NCBI GenBank assembly: GCA_964016885.1
Contig: OZ024740.1
Location: forward strand, 406,596,001 to 406,660,000
Origin: Eledone cirrhosa
Lineage: Eukaryota
Direction of reading: 5' to 3'
DNA length: 64,000 nt
Of the stretch, positions 14,201 through 29,200 are shown in pieces; within the stretch, counting starts at the first letter, position 1, and each line of letters starts with the position of its first letter. Made by a program: the position numbers and the translations under genes. The notes under the pieces were generated by a model that did no database searches, was not told where the DNA came from, and saw only the letters and a list, made by a program, of their open reading frames with translations.

Positions 14201-17200
14201 TTGTGGAATACGTTATTAGTTAGTAGTCATTAGCTAGTAGTCATTGTGGATTCCGTTATTAGTTAGTAGTCATTGTGGATTCCGTTATTAGTTAGTAGTC
14301 ATTTTAGATTCCGTTATTAGTTAGTAGTCTTTGTGGATTCCGTCATTAGTTAGTAGTCATTGTGGATTCCGTCATTAGTTAGTAGTCATTAGCTAGTAGT
14401 CATTGTGGATTACGTCATTCGCCAGAAGTCATTGTGGATTCCGTCATTAGTTAGTAGTCATTGTGGATTCCATTATTAGTTAGTAGTCATAGTGGATTCC
14501 GTTATTAGTTAGTAGCCATTGTGGATTCTGTTATTAGTTAGTAATCATTAGCTAGTAGTCGTTGTGGATTCCGTTATTAGTTAGTAGTCATTAGCTAGTA
14601 ATCATTTTGGATTCCGACATTAGTTAGTAGCCATTGTGGATTCCGTTATTAGTTATTAGTCATTAGTTAGTAGTCATTGTGGATTCTGTCATTCGTTAGT
14701 AGTGAATGTGGATTCCCTTATTAGTTAGTAGCCATTGTGGATTCCGTTATTAGTTAGTAGTCATTAGCTAGTAGTCAATGTGGATTCCGTTATTAGTTAG
14801 TAGTCATTAGCTAGTAGTCATTTAGGATTCCGTCATTAGTTAGTAGTCATTGTGGATTCCGTTATTAGTTAGTAGTCATTAGCTAGTAGTCATTGTGGAT
14901 TCCGTCATTACCTAGTAGTCATTGTGGATACCGTCATTAGCTAGTAGTCTTTGTGGATTCCGTCATTAGCTAGTAGTCATTGTGGATTCAGTTATCAGTT
15001 AATAGTCATTAGCAAGTAGTCATTGTGGATGTCATTATTAGTTATTAGTCATTAGCTAGTAGTCATTGTGGATTCCCTCATTAGTTAATAGTCATTGTGG
15101 ATTCCGTTATTAGTTAGTAGTCATTAGCTAGTAGTCATTGTGGATTTCATTATTAGTTTGTAATCATTAGTTAGTAGTCTTTGTGGATTCCGTCATTAGT
15201 TAGTAGTCATTGTGGATTCCGTCATTAGTTAGTAGTCATTAGCTAGTAGTCATTAGCTTGTAGTTATTGTGGATTCCGTCATTCGCTAGTAGACATTGTG
15301 ATTCCGTTATTAGTTAGTAGTCATTGTAGATTCCGTTATTAGTTAGTAGTCATTAGCTAGTAGTCATTGTGGATTCCGTTATTAGCTAGTAGTCATTGTG
15401 GATTCCGTGATTCGCTAGTAGACATTGTGGATTCCGTTATTAGTTAGTAGTCATTGTGGATTCCGTCATTAGTTAGTAGACATTGTGGATTCCGTTATTA
15501 GTTAGTAGTCATTGTGGATTCCGTTATTAGTTAGTAGTCATTAGCTAGTAGTCATTGTGGATTCCGTTATTAGCTAGTAGTCATTGTGGATTCCGTGATT
15601 CGCTAGTAGACATTGTGGATTCCGTTATTAGTTAGTAGTCATTGTGGATTCCGTCATTAGTTAGTAGACATTGTGGATTCCGTTATTAGTTAGTAGTCAT
15701 TGTGGATTCCGTTATTAGTTAGTAGTCATTGTGGATTCCGTCATTAGCTAGTAGTCATTGTGAATTCCGTATTTAGTTAGTAGTCATAAGCTAGTAGTCA
15801 TTGTGGATTACGTCATTGGCTAGTAGTCATTGTGGATTCCGTTATTAGTTCGTAGTCAATGTGGATTCCGTCATTCGTTAGTAGTCATTGTGGATTCCAT
15901 TATTAGTTAGTAGTCATTGTGGATTCCGTTATTAGTTAGTAGCCATTGTGGATTCCGTTATTAGTTAGTAGTCATTAGCTAGTAGTCACTGTGGATTCCG
16001 TTATTAGTTAGTAGCCATTGTGGATTCCGTTATTAGTTAGTAGTCATTAGCTAGTAGTCATTGTGGATTCCGTTATTAGTTAGTAGTCATTAGCTAGTAG
16101 TCATTGTGGATTCCGTTATTAGCTAGTAGTCATTGTGGATTCCGTGATTCGCTAGTAGACATTGTGGATTCCGTTATTAGTTAGTAGTCATTGTGGATTC
16201 CGTCATTAGTTAGTAGACATTGTGGATTCCATTATTACTTAGTAGTCATTTTGGATCCCATTATTAGTTGGTAGTCATTGTGGATTCCGTTATTAGTAAG
16301 TAGTCATTAGCTAGTAGTCATTGTGGATTCCGTCATTAGTTAATAGTCATTAACTACCAGTCATTGTGGATCCATCATTAGTTAGTAGTCATTGTGGATT
16401 CCGTTATTAGTTAGTAGCCATTATAGATTCCGTTATTAGTTAGTAGTCATTAGCTAGTGGTCATTGTGTATTCCGTGATTAGTTAGCAGTCATTGTGGAT
16501 TCCGTTATTAGTTAGTAGTCATTAACTAGTAGTCATTGTAGATTCCGTCATTAGCTAGTAGTCATTGTGGATTTAATTATTAGTTCGTAGTCATTAGTTA
16601 GTAGTCATTGTGGATTCCGTCATTAGTTAGTAGTCCTTGTGGATTCCGTCATAAGTTAGTAGTCATTGTGGATTCCGTTATTAGTTAGTAGTCATTAGCT
16701 AGAAGTCATTGTGGATTCCAGCATTTGCTAGTAGTCATGGAGGATTCCGTTATTAGTTAGTAGTCTTTGTGGATTCCGTCATTAGTTAGTAGTCATTGTG
16801 GATTCCGTCATTAGTTAGTAGTCATTAGCTAGTAGTCATTGTGGATTACGTCATTCGCCAGAAGTCATTGTGGATTCCGTCATTAGTTAGTAGTCATTGT
16901 GGATTCAAATATTAGTTAGTAGTCATTGTGGATTCCGTTATTAGTTAGTAGCCATTGTGGATTCCGTTATTAGTTAGTAATCATTAGCTAGTAGTCGTTG
17001 TGGATTCCGTTATTAGTTAGTAGTCATTAGCTAGTAATCATTTTGGATTCCGACATTAGTTAGTAGCCATTGTGGATTCCGTTATTAGTTATTAGTCATT
17101 AGTTAGTAGTCATTGTGGATTCCGTCATTCGTTAGTAGTGAATGTGGATTCCGTTATTAGTTAGTAGCCATTGTGGATTCCGTTATTAGTTAGTAGTCAT

Positions 17201-20200
17201 TAGCTAGTAGTCATTGTGGATTCCGTTATTAGTTAGTAGTCATTAGCTAGTAGTCATTGTGGATTCCGTCATTACCTAGTAGTCATTGTGGATTCCGTCA
17301 TTAGCTAGTAGTCTTTGTGGATTCCGTCATTAGCTAGTAGTCATTGTGGATTCAGTTATCAGTTAATAGTCATTAGCAAGTAGTCATTGTGGATGTCATT
17401 CTTAGTTATTAGTCATTAGCTAGTAGTCATTGTGGATTCCCTCATTAGTTAATAGTCATTGTGGATTCCGTTATTAGTTAGTAGTCATTTGCTAGTAGTC
17501 ATTGTGGATTTCATTATTAGTTTGTAGTCATTAGTTAGTAGTCTATGTGGATTCCGTCATTAGTTAGTAGTCATTGTGGATTCCGTCATTAGTTAGTAGT
17601 CATTAGCTAGTAGTCATTAGCTTGTAGTTATTGTGGATTCCGTCATTCGCTAGTAGACATTGTGGATTCCGTTATTACTTAGTAGTCATTGTGGATTCCG
17701 TCATTAGTTAGTAGACATTGTGGATTCCGTTATTAGTTAGTAGTCATTGTGGATTCCGTTATTAGTGAGTAGTCATTGTGGATTACGTCATTCGCTAGTA
17801 GACATTGTGGATTCCGTTATTAGTTAGTAGTCATTGTGGATTCCGTCATTAGTTAGTAGACATTGTGGATTCCGTTATTAGTTAGTAGTCATTGTGGATT
17901 CCGTTATTAGTTAGTAGTCATTGTGGATTCCGTCATTAGCTAGTAGTCATTGTGGATTCCGTATTTAGTTAGTAGTCATAAGCTAGTAGTCATTGTGGAT
18001 TCCGTCATTGGCTAGTAGTCATTGTGGATTCCGTTATTAGTTAGTAGTCAATGTGGATTCCGTCATTCGTTAGTAGTCATTGTGGATTCCATTATTAGTT
18101 AGTAGTCATTGTGGATTCCGTTATTAGTTAGTAGCCATTGTGGATTCCGTTATTAGTTAGTAGTTATTAGCTAGTAGTCACTGTGGATTCCGTTATTAGT
18201 TAGTAGTCATTAGCTAGAAGTCATTTTTGATTCCGTCATTAGTTAGTAGTGATTGTGGATTCGCTCATCAGTTAGTAGTCATTGTGGATTCCGTTATTAG
18301 TTAGTAGTCATTGTGGATTCAGTTATTAGTTAGTAGTCTTTGTGGATTCCGTCATTAGTTAGTAGTCATTATCTAGTAGTCATTAGCTAGTAGTCATTGT
18401 GGATTACGTCATTCGTCAGAAGTCATTGTGGATTCCGTCATTAGTTAGTAGTCATTGTGGATTCCATTATTAGTTAGTAGTCATTGTGGATTCCGTTATT
18501 AGTTAGTAGCCATTGTGGATTCCGTTATTAGTTAGTAATCATTAGCTAGTAGTCGTTGTGGATTCCGTTATTAGTTAGTAGTCATTAGCTAGTAATCATT
18601 TTGGATTCCGTCATTAGTTAGTAGTCATTAGCTAGTAGTCATTGTGGATTACGTCATTCGCCAGAAGTCATTGTGGATTCCGTCATTAGTTAGTAGTCAT
18701 TGTGGATTCAAATATTAGTTAGTAGTCATTGTGGATTCCGTTATTAGTTAGTAGTCATTAGCTAGTAATCATTTTGGATTCCAACATTAGTTAGTAGCCA
18801 TTGTGGATTCCGTTATTAGTTATTAGTCATTAGTTAGTAGTCATTGTGGATTCCGTCATTCGTTAGTAGTGAATGTGGATTCCGTTATTAGTTAGTAGCC
18901 ATTGTGGATTCCGTTATTAGTTAGTAGTCATTAGCTAGTAGTCATTGTGGATTCCGTTATTAGTTAGTAGTCATTAGCTAGTAGTCATTGTGGATTCCGT
19001 CATTACCTAGTAGTCATTGTGGATTCCGTCATTAGCTAGTAGTCTTTGTGGATTCCGTCATTAGCTAGTAGTCATTGTGGATTCAGTTATCAGTTAATAG
19101 TCATTAGCAAGTAGTCATTGTGGATGTCATTCTTAGTTATTAGTCATTAGCTAGTAGTCATTGTGGATTCCCTCATTAGTTAATAGTCATTGTGGATTCC
19201 GTTATTAGTTAGTAGTCATTTGCTAGTAGTCATTGTGGATTTCATTATTAGTTTGTAGTCATTAGTTAGTAGTCTATGTGGATTCCGTCATTAGTTAGTA
19301 GTCATTGTGGATTCCGTCATTAGTTAGTAGTCATTAGCTAGTAGTCATTAGCTTGTAGTTATTGTGGATTCCGTCATTCGCTAGTAGACATTGTGGATTC
19401 CGTTATTACTTAGTAGTCATTGTGGATTCCGTCATTAGTTAGTAGACATTGTGGATTCCGTTATTAGTTAGTAGTCATTGTGGATTCCGTTATTAGTTAG
19501 TAGTCATTGTGGATTACGTCATTCGCTAGTAGACATTGTGGATTCCGTTATTAGTTAGTAGTCATTGTGGATTCCGTCATTAGTTAGTAGACATTGTGGA
19601 TTCCGTTATTAGTTAGTAGTCATTGTGGATTCCGTTATTAGTTAGTAGTCATTGTGGATTCCGTCATTAGCTAGTAGTCATTGCGGATTCCGTATTTAGT
19701 TAGTAGTCATAAGCTAGTAGTCATTGTGGATTCCGTCATTGGCTAGTAGTCATTGTGGATTCCGTTATTAGTTAGTAGTCAATGTGGATTCCGTCATTCG
19801 TTAGTAGTCATTGTGGATTCCATTATTAGTTAGTAGTCATTGTGGATTCCGTTATTAGTTAGTAGCCATTGTGGATTCCGTTATTAGTTAGTAGTTATTA
19901 GCTAGTAGTCACTGTGGATTCCGTTATTAGTTAGTAGTCATTAGCTAGAAGTCATTTTTGATTCCGTCATTAGTTAGTAGTGATTGTGGATTCGCTCATC
20001 AGTTAGTAGTCATTGTGGATTCCGTTATTAGTTAGTAGTCATTGTGGATTCAGTTATTAGTTAGTAGTCTTTGTGGATTCCGTCATTAGTTAGTAGTCAT
20101 TATCTAGTAGTCATTAGCTAGTAGTCATTGTGGATTACGTCATCCGTCAGAAGTCATTGTGGATTCCGTCATTAGTTAGTAGTCATTGTGGATTCCATTA

Positions 20201-23200
20201 TTAGTTAGTAGTCATTGTGGATTCCGTTATTAGTTAGTAGCCATTGTGGATTCCGTTATTAGTTAGTAATCATTAGCTAGTAGTCGTTGTGGATTCCGTT
20301 ATTAGTTAGTAGTCATTAGCTAGTAATCATTTTGGATTCCTACATTAGTTAGTAGCCATTGTGGATTCCGTTATTAGTTATTAGTCATTAGTTAGTAGTC
20401 ATTGTGGATTCCGTCATTCGTTAGTAGTGAATGTGGATTCCGTTATTAGTTAGTAGCCATTGTGGAATCCGTTATTAGTTAGTAGTCATTAGCTAGTAGC
20501 CAATGTGGATTCCGTTATTAGTTAGTAGTCATTAGCTAGTAGTCATTTAGGATTCCGTCATTAGTTAGTAGTCATTGTGGATTCCGTTATTAGTTAGTAG
20601 TCATTAGCTAGTAGTCATTTAGGATTCCGTCATTAGTTAGTAGTCATTGTGGATTCCGTTATTAGTTAGTAGTCATTAGCTAGTAGTCATTGTGGATTCC
20701 GTCATTACCTAGTAGTCATTGTGGATTCCGTCATTATCTAGTAGTCTTTGTGGATTCCGTCATTAGCTAGTAGTCATTGTGGATTCAGTTATCAGTTAAT
20801 AGTCATTAGCAAGTAGTCATTGTGGATGTCATTATCAGTTATTAGTCATTAGCTAGTAGTCATTGTGGATTCCCTCATTAGTTAATAGTCATTGTGGATT
20901 CCGTTATTAGTTAGTAGTCATTAGCTAGTAGTCATTGTGGATTTCATTATTAGTTTGTGGTCATTATTTAGTAGTCTATGTGGATTCCGTCATTAGTTAG
21001 TGGGTAATTAGCTAGTAGTCATTAGCTATTAGTCATTGTGGATTCCGTCATTCGCTAGTAGACATTGTGGATTCCGTTATTAGTTAGTAGTCATTGTGGA
21101 TTCCGTCATTAGCTAGTAGTCATTGTGGATTCCGTTATTAGTTAGTAGTCATTAGCTAGTAGTCATTGTGGATTCCGTTATTAGCTAGTAGTCATTGTGG
21201 ATTACGTCATTCGCTAGTAGACATTGTGGATTCCGTTATTAATTAGTAGTCATTGTGGATTCCGTCATTAGTTAGTAGACATTGTGGATTCCGTTATTAG
21301 TTAGTAGTCATTGTGGATTCCGTTATTAGTTAGTAGTCATTGTGGATTCCATCATTAGCTAGTAGTCATTGTGGATTCCGTATTTAGTTAGTAGTCATAA
21401 GCTAGTAGTCATTGTGGATTCCGTCATTGGCTAGTAGTCATTGTGGATTCCGTTATTAGCTAGTAGTCATTGTGGATTCCGTGATTCGCTAGTAGACATT
21501 GTGGATTCCGTTATTAGTTAGTAGTCATTGTGGATTCCGTCATTAGTTAGTAGTCATTGTGGATTCCGTTATTAGTTAGTAGTCATTGTGGATTCCGTCA
21601 TTAGCTAGTAGTCAATGTGGATTCCGTATTTAGTTAGTAGTCATAAGCTAGTAGTCATTGTTGATTCCGTCATTGGCTAGTAGTCATTGTGGATTCCGTT
21701 ATTAGTTCGTAGTCAATGTGGATTCCGTCATTCGTTAGTAGTCATTGTGGATTCCATTATTAGTTAGTAGTCATTGTGGATTCCGTTATTAGTTAGTAGT
21801 CAATGTGGATTCCGTCATTCGTTAGTAGTCATTGTGGATTCCATTATTAGTTAGAAGTCATTGTGGATTCCGTTATTAGTTAGTAGCCATTGTGGATTCC
21901 GTTATTAGTTAGTAGTCATTAGCTAGTAGTCACTGTGGATTCCGTTATTAGTTAGTAGTCATTAGCTAGAAGTCATTTTTGATTCCCTCATTAGTTAGTA
22001 GTGATTGTGGATTCGCTCATCAGTTAGTAGTCATTGTGGATTCCGTTATTAGTTAGTAGTCATTGTGGAATCCATTATTAGTTAGTAGACATTAGCTAGT
22101 AGTCATTGTGGATTCCGTTATTAGTTAGTAGTCATTGTAGATTCCGTTATTAGTTAGTAGTTATTAGCTAGTAGTCATTGTGGATTCGTCATTCGCTAGT
22201 AGTTATTGTGGATTCTGTCATTAGTTAGTAGTCATTGTGGATTCCGTTATTAGTTAGTAGTCATTGTGGATTCCATTATTAGTTAGTAATCATTATCTAG
22301 TAGTCGTTGTGGATTCCGTTATTAGTTAGTAGTCATTAGCTAGTAGTTATTTTGCATTCCGACATTAGTTAGTAGTCATTGTGGATTCCGTTATTAGTTA
22401 GTAGTCATTAGCTAGTAGTCATCGTGGATTCCGTCATACGTAGGAGTCATTGTGGATTCCGTCATTACCTAGTAGTCATTAGGGATTCAGTCATTAGCTA
22501 GTAGTCATTGTGGATTCAGTTATTAGTTAGTAGGTATTAGCAAGTAGTCATTGTGGATTCCCTCATTAGTTAGTAGTCATTGTGGAATACGTTATTATTT
22601 AGTAGTCATTAGCTTTTAGTCATTGTGGATTCCGTTATTAGTTAGTAGTCATTGTGGATTCCGTAATTAGTTAGTAGTCATTTTAGATTCCGTTATTAGT
22701 TAGTAGTCTTTGTGGATTCCGTCATTAGTTAGTAGTCATTGTGGATTCCGTCATTAGTTAGTAGTCATTAGCTAGTAGTCATTAGCTAGTAGTCATTGTG
22801 GATTACGTCATTCGCCAGAAGTCATTGTGGATTCCGTCATTAGTTAGTAGTCATTGTGGATTCCATTATTAGTTAGTAGTCATAGTGGATTCCGTTATTA
22901 GTTAGTAGCCATTGTGGATTCCGTTATTAGTTAGTAATCATTAGCTAGTAGTCGTTGTGGATTCCGTTATTAGTTAGTAGTCATTAGCTAGTAATCATTT
23001 TGGATTCCGACATTAGTTAGTAGCCATTGTGGATTCCGTTATTAGTTATTAGTCATTAGTTAGTAGTCATTGTGGATTCCGTCATTCGTTAGTAGTGAAT
23101 GTGGATTCCCTTATTAGATAGTAGCCATTGTGGATTCCGTTATTAGTTAGTAGTCATTAGCTAGTAGTCAATGTGGATTCCGTTATTAGTTAGTAGTCAT

Positions 23201-26200
23201 TAGCTAGTAGTCATTTAGGATTCCGTCATTAGTTAGTAGTCATTGTGGATTCCGTTATTAGTTAGTAGTCATTAGCTAGTAGTCATTGTGGATTCCGTCA
23301 TTACCTAGTAGTCATTGTGGATACCGTCATTAGCTAGTAGTCTTTGTGGATTCCGTCATTAGCTAGTAGTCATTGTGGATTCAGTTATCAGTTAATAGTC
23401 ATTAGCAAGTAGTCATTGTGGATGTCATTATTAGTTATTAGTCATTAGCTAGTAGTCATTGTGGATTCCCTCATTAGTTAATAGTCATTGTGGATTCCGT
23501 TATTAGTTAGTAGTCATTAGCTAGTAGTCATTGTGGATTTCATTATTAGTTATTAGTCATTAGCTAGTAGTCATTGTGGATTCCCTCATTAGTTAATAGT
23601 CATTGTGGATTCCGTTATTAGTTAGTAGTCATTAGCTAGTAGTCACTGTGGATTCCGTTATTAGTTAGTAGTCATTAGCTAGAAGTCATTTTTGATTCCC
23701 TCATTAGTTAGTAGTGATTGTGGATTCGCTCATCAGTTAGTAGTCATTGTGGATTCCGTTATTAGTTAGTAGTCATTGTGGAATCCGTTATTAGTTAGTA
23801 GACATTAGCTAGTAGTCATTGTGGATTCCGTTATTAGTTAGTAGTCATTGTAGATTCCGTTATTAGTTAGTAGTCATTAGCTAGTAGTCATTGTGGATTC
23901 GTCATTCGCTAGTAGTTATTGTGGATTCCGTCATTAGTTAGTAGTCATTGTGGATTCCGTTATTAGTTAGTAGTCATTGTGGATTCCATTATTAGTTAGT
24001 AATCATTATCTAGTAGTCGTTGTGGATTCCGTTATTAGTTAGTAGTCATTAGCTAGTAGTCCTTTTGCATTCCGACATTAGTTAGTAGTCATTGTGGATT
24101 CCGTTATTAGTTAGTAGTCATTAGCTAGTAGTCATTGTGGATTCCGTCATACGTAGGAGTCATTGTGGATTCCGTCATTACCTAGTAGTCATTGGGTATT
24201 CAGTCATTAGCTAGTAGTCATTGTGGATTCAGTTATTAGTTAGTAGGTATTAGCAAGTAGTCATTGTGGATTCCCTCATTAGTTAGTAGTCATTGTGGAA
24301 TACGTTATTAGTTAGTAGTCATTAGCTAGTAGTCATTGTGGATTCCGTTATTAGTTAGTAGTCATTGTGGATTCCGTTATTAGTTAGTAGTCATTTTAGA
24401 TTCCGTTATTAGTTAGTAGTCTTTGTGGATTCCGTCATTAGTTAGTAGTCATTGTGGATTCCGTCATTAGTTAGTAGTCATTAGCTAGTAGTCATTGTGG
24501 ATTACGTCATTCGCCAGAAGTCATTGTGGATTCCGTCATTAGTTAGTAGTCATTGTGGATTCCATTATTAGTTAGTAGTCATAGTGGATTCCGTTATTAG
24601 TTAGTAGCCATTGTGGATTCTGTTATTAGTTAGTAATCATTAGCTAGTAGTCGTTGTGGATTCCGTTATTAGTTAGTAGTCATTAGCTAGTAATCATTTT
24701 GGATTCCGACATTAGTTAGTAGCCATTGTGGATTCCGTTATTAGTTATTAGTCATTAGTTAGTAGTCATTGTGGATTCTGTCATTCGTTAGTAGTGAATG
24801 TGGATTCCCTTATTAGTTAGTAGCCATTGTGGATTCCGTTATTAGTTAGTAGTCATTAGCTAGTAGTCAATGTGGATTCCGTTATTAGTTAGTAGTCATT
24901 AGCTAGTAGTCATTTAGGATTCCGTCATTAGTTAGTAGTCATTGTGGATTCCGTTATTAGTTAGTAGTCATTAGCTAGTAGTCATTGTGGATTCCGTCAT
25001 TACCTAGTAGTCATTGTGGATACCGTCATTAGCTAGTAGTCTTTGTGGATTCCGTCATTAGCTAGTAGTCATTGTGGATTCAGTTATCAGTTAATAGTCA
25101 TTAGCAAGTAGTCATTGTGGATGTCATTATTAGTTATTAGTCATTAGCTAGTAGTCATTGTGGATTTCCTCATTAGTTAATAGTCATTGTGGATTCCGTT
25201 ATTAGTTAGTAGTCATTAGCTAGTAGTCATTGTGGATTTCATTATTAGTTTGTAATCATTAGTTAGTAGTCTTTGTGGATTCCGTCATTAGTTAGTAGTC
25301 ATTGTGGATTCCGTCATTAGTTAGTAGTCATTAGCTAGTAGTCATTAGCTTGTAGTTATTATGGATTCCGTCATTCGCTAGTAGACATTGTGATTCCGTT
25401 ATTAGTTAGTAGTCATTGTAGATTCCGTTATTAGTTAGTAGTCATTAGCTAGTAGTCATTGTGGATTCCGTTATTAGCTAGTAGTCATTGTGGATTCCGT
25501 GATTCGCTAGTAGACATTGTGGATTCCGTTATTAGTTAGTAGTCATTGTGGATTCCGTCATTAGTTAGTAGACATTGTGGATTCCGTTATTAGTTAGTAG
25601 TCATTGTGGATTCCGTTATTAGTTAGTAGTCATTAGCTAGTAGTCATTGTGGATTCCGTTATTAGCTAGTAGTCATTGTGGATTCCGTGATTCGCTAGTA
25701 GACATTGTGGATTCCGTTATTAGTTAGTAGTCATTGTGGATTCCGTCATTAGTTAGTAGACATTGTGGATTCCGTTATTAGTTAGTAGTCATTGTGGATT
25801 CCGTTATTAGTTAGTAGTCATTGTGGATTCCGTCATTAGCTAGTAGTCATTGTGAATTCCGTATTTAGTTAGTAGTCATAAGCTAGTAGTCATTGTGGAT
25901 TACGTCATTGGCTAGTAGTCATTGTGGATTCCGTTATTAGTTCGTAGTCAATGTGGATTCCGTCATTCGTTAGTAGTCATTGTGGATTCCATTATTAGTT
26001 AGTAGTCATTGTGGATTCCGTTATTAGTTAGTAGCCATTGTGGATTCCGTTATTAGTTAGTAGTCATTAGCTAGTAGTCACTGTGGATTCCGTTATTAGT
26101 TAGTAGCCATTGTGGATTCCGTTATTAGTTAGTAGTCATTAGCTAGTAGTCATTGTGGATTCCGTTATTAGTTAGTAGTCATTAGCTAGTAGTCATTGTG

Positions 26201-26290
26201 GATTCCGTTATTAGCTAGTAGTCATTGTGGATTCCGTGATTCGCTAGTAGACATTGTGGATTCCGTTATTAGTTAGTAGTCATTGTGGAT
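8300..26290. repeat. Large higher-order duplication: about 8300-16200 repeated at about 16400-26290, with a nested about 1.8-kb duplication in the second copy
   Basis: TATAGATTCC 8321/16422; TCTTAG 9241/17400/19131; TGGGTAATTA 11111/21001; CATACGTAGG 14056/24148; TGAATTCC 15761/25853. Confidence 0.87.
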
Positions 26291-29200
26291 TCCGTCATTA
26301 GCTAGTAGTCATTGTGGATTCCGTATTTAGTTAGTAGTCATAAGCTAGTAGTCATTGTGGATGTCATTATCAGTTATTAGTCATTAGCTAGTAGTCATTG
26401 TGGATTCCCTCATTAGTTAATAGTCATTGTGGATTCCGTTATTAGTTAGTAGTCATTAGCTAGTAGTCATTGTGGATTTCATTATTAGTTTGTAGTCATT
26501 AGTTAGTAGTCTATGTGGATTCCGTCATTAGTTAGTAGTCATTAGCTAGTAGTCATTAGCTTGTAGTCATTGTGGAATCCGTCATTCGCTAGTAGACATT
26601 GTGGATTCCGTTATTAGTTAGTAGTCATTGTGGATTCCGTCATTAGCTAGTAGTCATTGTGGATTCCGTTATTAGTTAGTAGTCATTAACTAGTACTCAT
26701 TGTGGATTCCGTTATTAGCTAATAGTCATTGTGGATTACGTCATTCGCTAGTAGACATTGTGGATTCCGTTATTAGGTAGTAGACATTGTGGATTTCGTC
26801 ATTAGCTAGTAGTCATTGTGGATTCCGTATTTAATTAGTAGTCATAAGCTAGTAGTCATTGTGGATTCCGTCATTGGCTAGTAGTCATTGTGGATTCCGT
26901 TATTAGTTAATAGTCGATGTGGATTCCGTCATTCGTTAGTAGTCATTGTGGATTCCGTTATTAGTTAGTAGCCATTGTGGATTCCGTTATTAGTTAGTAG
27001 TCATTAGCTAGTAGTCACTGTGGATTCCGTTATTAGTTAGTAGTCATTAGCTAGAAGTCATTTTTGATTCCGTCATTAGTTAGTAGTGATTGTGGATTCC
27101 CTCATCAGTTAGTAGTCATTGTGGATTCCGTTATTAGTTAGTAGTCATTGTGGATTCCGTTATTAGTTAGTAGTCATTGTGGATTCCGTTATTAGTTAGT
27201 AGTCATTAGCTAGTAGTCATTGTGGAGTCCGTTATTAGTTAGTAGTCATTGTAGATTCCGTTATTAGTTAGTAGTCATTAGCTAGTAGCCATCGTGGATT
27301 CGTCATTCGCTAGTAGTTATTGTGGATTCCGTCATTAGTTAGTAGTCATTGTGGATTCCGTTATTAGTTAGTAGTCATTGTGGATTCCATTATTAGTTAG
27401 TAATCATTAGCTAGTAGTCGTTGTGGATTCCGTTAATAGTTAGTAGTCATTAGCTAGTAGTCATTTTGGATTCCGACATTAGTTAGTAGTCATTGTGGAT
27501 TCCGTTATTAGTTAGTAGTCATTAGCCAGTAGTCATTGTGGATTCCGTCATTACGTAGGAGTCATTGTGGATTCCGTCATTACCTAGTAGTCATTGTGGA
27601 TTCAGTCATTAGCTAGTAGTCATTGTGGATTCAGTTATTAGTTAGTAGGTATTAGCAAGTAGTCATTGTGGATTCCCTCATTAGTTACTAGTCATTGTGG
27701 AATACGTTATTAGTTAGTAGTCATTAGCTAGTAGTCAGTGTGGATTCCGTTATTAGTTAGTAGTCATTATGAATTCCATTATTAGTTAGTAGTCATTAGT
27801 CAGTAGTCATTGTGGATTCCGTTATTAGCTAGTAGTCATTGTGGATTCCGTTATTAGTTAGTAGTCATTTTAGATTCCGTTATTAGTTAGTAGTCTTTGT
27901 GGATTCCGTCATTAGTTAGTAGTCATTGTGGATTCCGTCATTAGTTAGTAGTCATTAGCTAGTAGTCATTAGCTAGTAGTCATTGTGGATTACGTCATTC
28001 GCCAGAAGTCATTGTGGATTCCGTCATTAGTTAGTAGTCATTGTGGATTCCATTATTAGTTAGTAGTCATAGTGGATTCCGTTATTAGTTATTAGTCATT
28101 AGTTAGTAGTCATTGTGGATTCTGTTATTCGTTAGTAGTGAATGTGGATTCCGTTATTAGTTAGTAGCCATTGTGGATTCCGTTATTAGTTAGTAGTCAT
28201 TAGCTAGTAGTCAATGTGGATTCCGTTAGTAGTCATTAGCTAGTAGTCATTTAGGATTCCGTCATTAGTTAGTAGTCATTGTGGATTCCGTTATTAGTTA
28301 GTAGTCATTAGCTAGTAGTCATTGTGGATTCCGTCATTACCTAGTAGTTATTGTGGATACCGTCATTAGCTAGTAGTCTTTGTGGATTCCGTCATTAGCT
28401 AGTAGTCATTGTGGATTCAGTTATCAGTTAATAGTCATTAGCAAGTAGTCATTGTGGATGTCATTATTAGTTATTAGTCATTAGCTAGTAGTCATTGTGG
28501 ATTTCATTATTAGTTTGTAATCATTAGTTAGTAGTCTTTGTGGATTCCGTCATTAGTTAGTAGTCATTGTGGATTCCGTCATTAGTTAGTAGTCATTAGC
28601 TAGTAGTCATTAGCTTGTAGTCATTGTGGATTCCGTCATTCGCTAGTAGACATTGTGGATTCCTTTATTAGTAAGTAGTCATTGTGGATTCCGTCATTAG
28701 CTAGTAGTCATTGTGGATTCCGTTATTAGTTAGTAGTCATTAGCTAGTAGTCATTGTGGATTCCGTTATTAGCTAGTAGTCATTGTGGATTCCGTGATTC
28801 GCTAGTAGACATTGTGGATTCCGTTATTAGTTAGTAGTCATTGTGGATTCCGTCATTAGTTAGTAGACATTGTGGATTCCGTTATTAGTTAGTAGTCATT
28901 GTGGATTCCGTTATTAGTTAGTAGTCATTGTGGATTCCGTTATTAGTTAGTAGTCATTGTGGATTACGTTATTAGTCAGTAGTCATTGTGGATTCCATTA
29001 TTAGTTAGTAGTCATTAGCTAGTAGTCGTTGTGGATTCCGTTATTAGTTAGTAGTCATTAGCTAGTAGTCATTTTGGATTCCGACATTACGTAGGAGTCA
29101 TTGTGGATTCCGTCATTACCTAGTAGTCATTGTGGATTCCGTTATTAGTTAGTAGTCATTAGCTAGTAGTCATTGTGGATTACGTCATTCGCTAGAAGTC

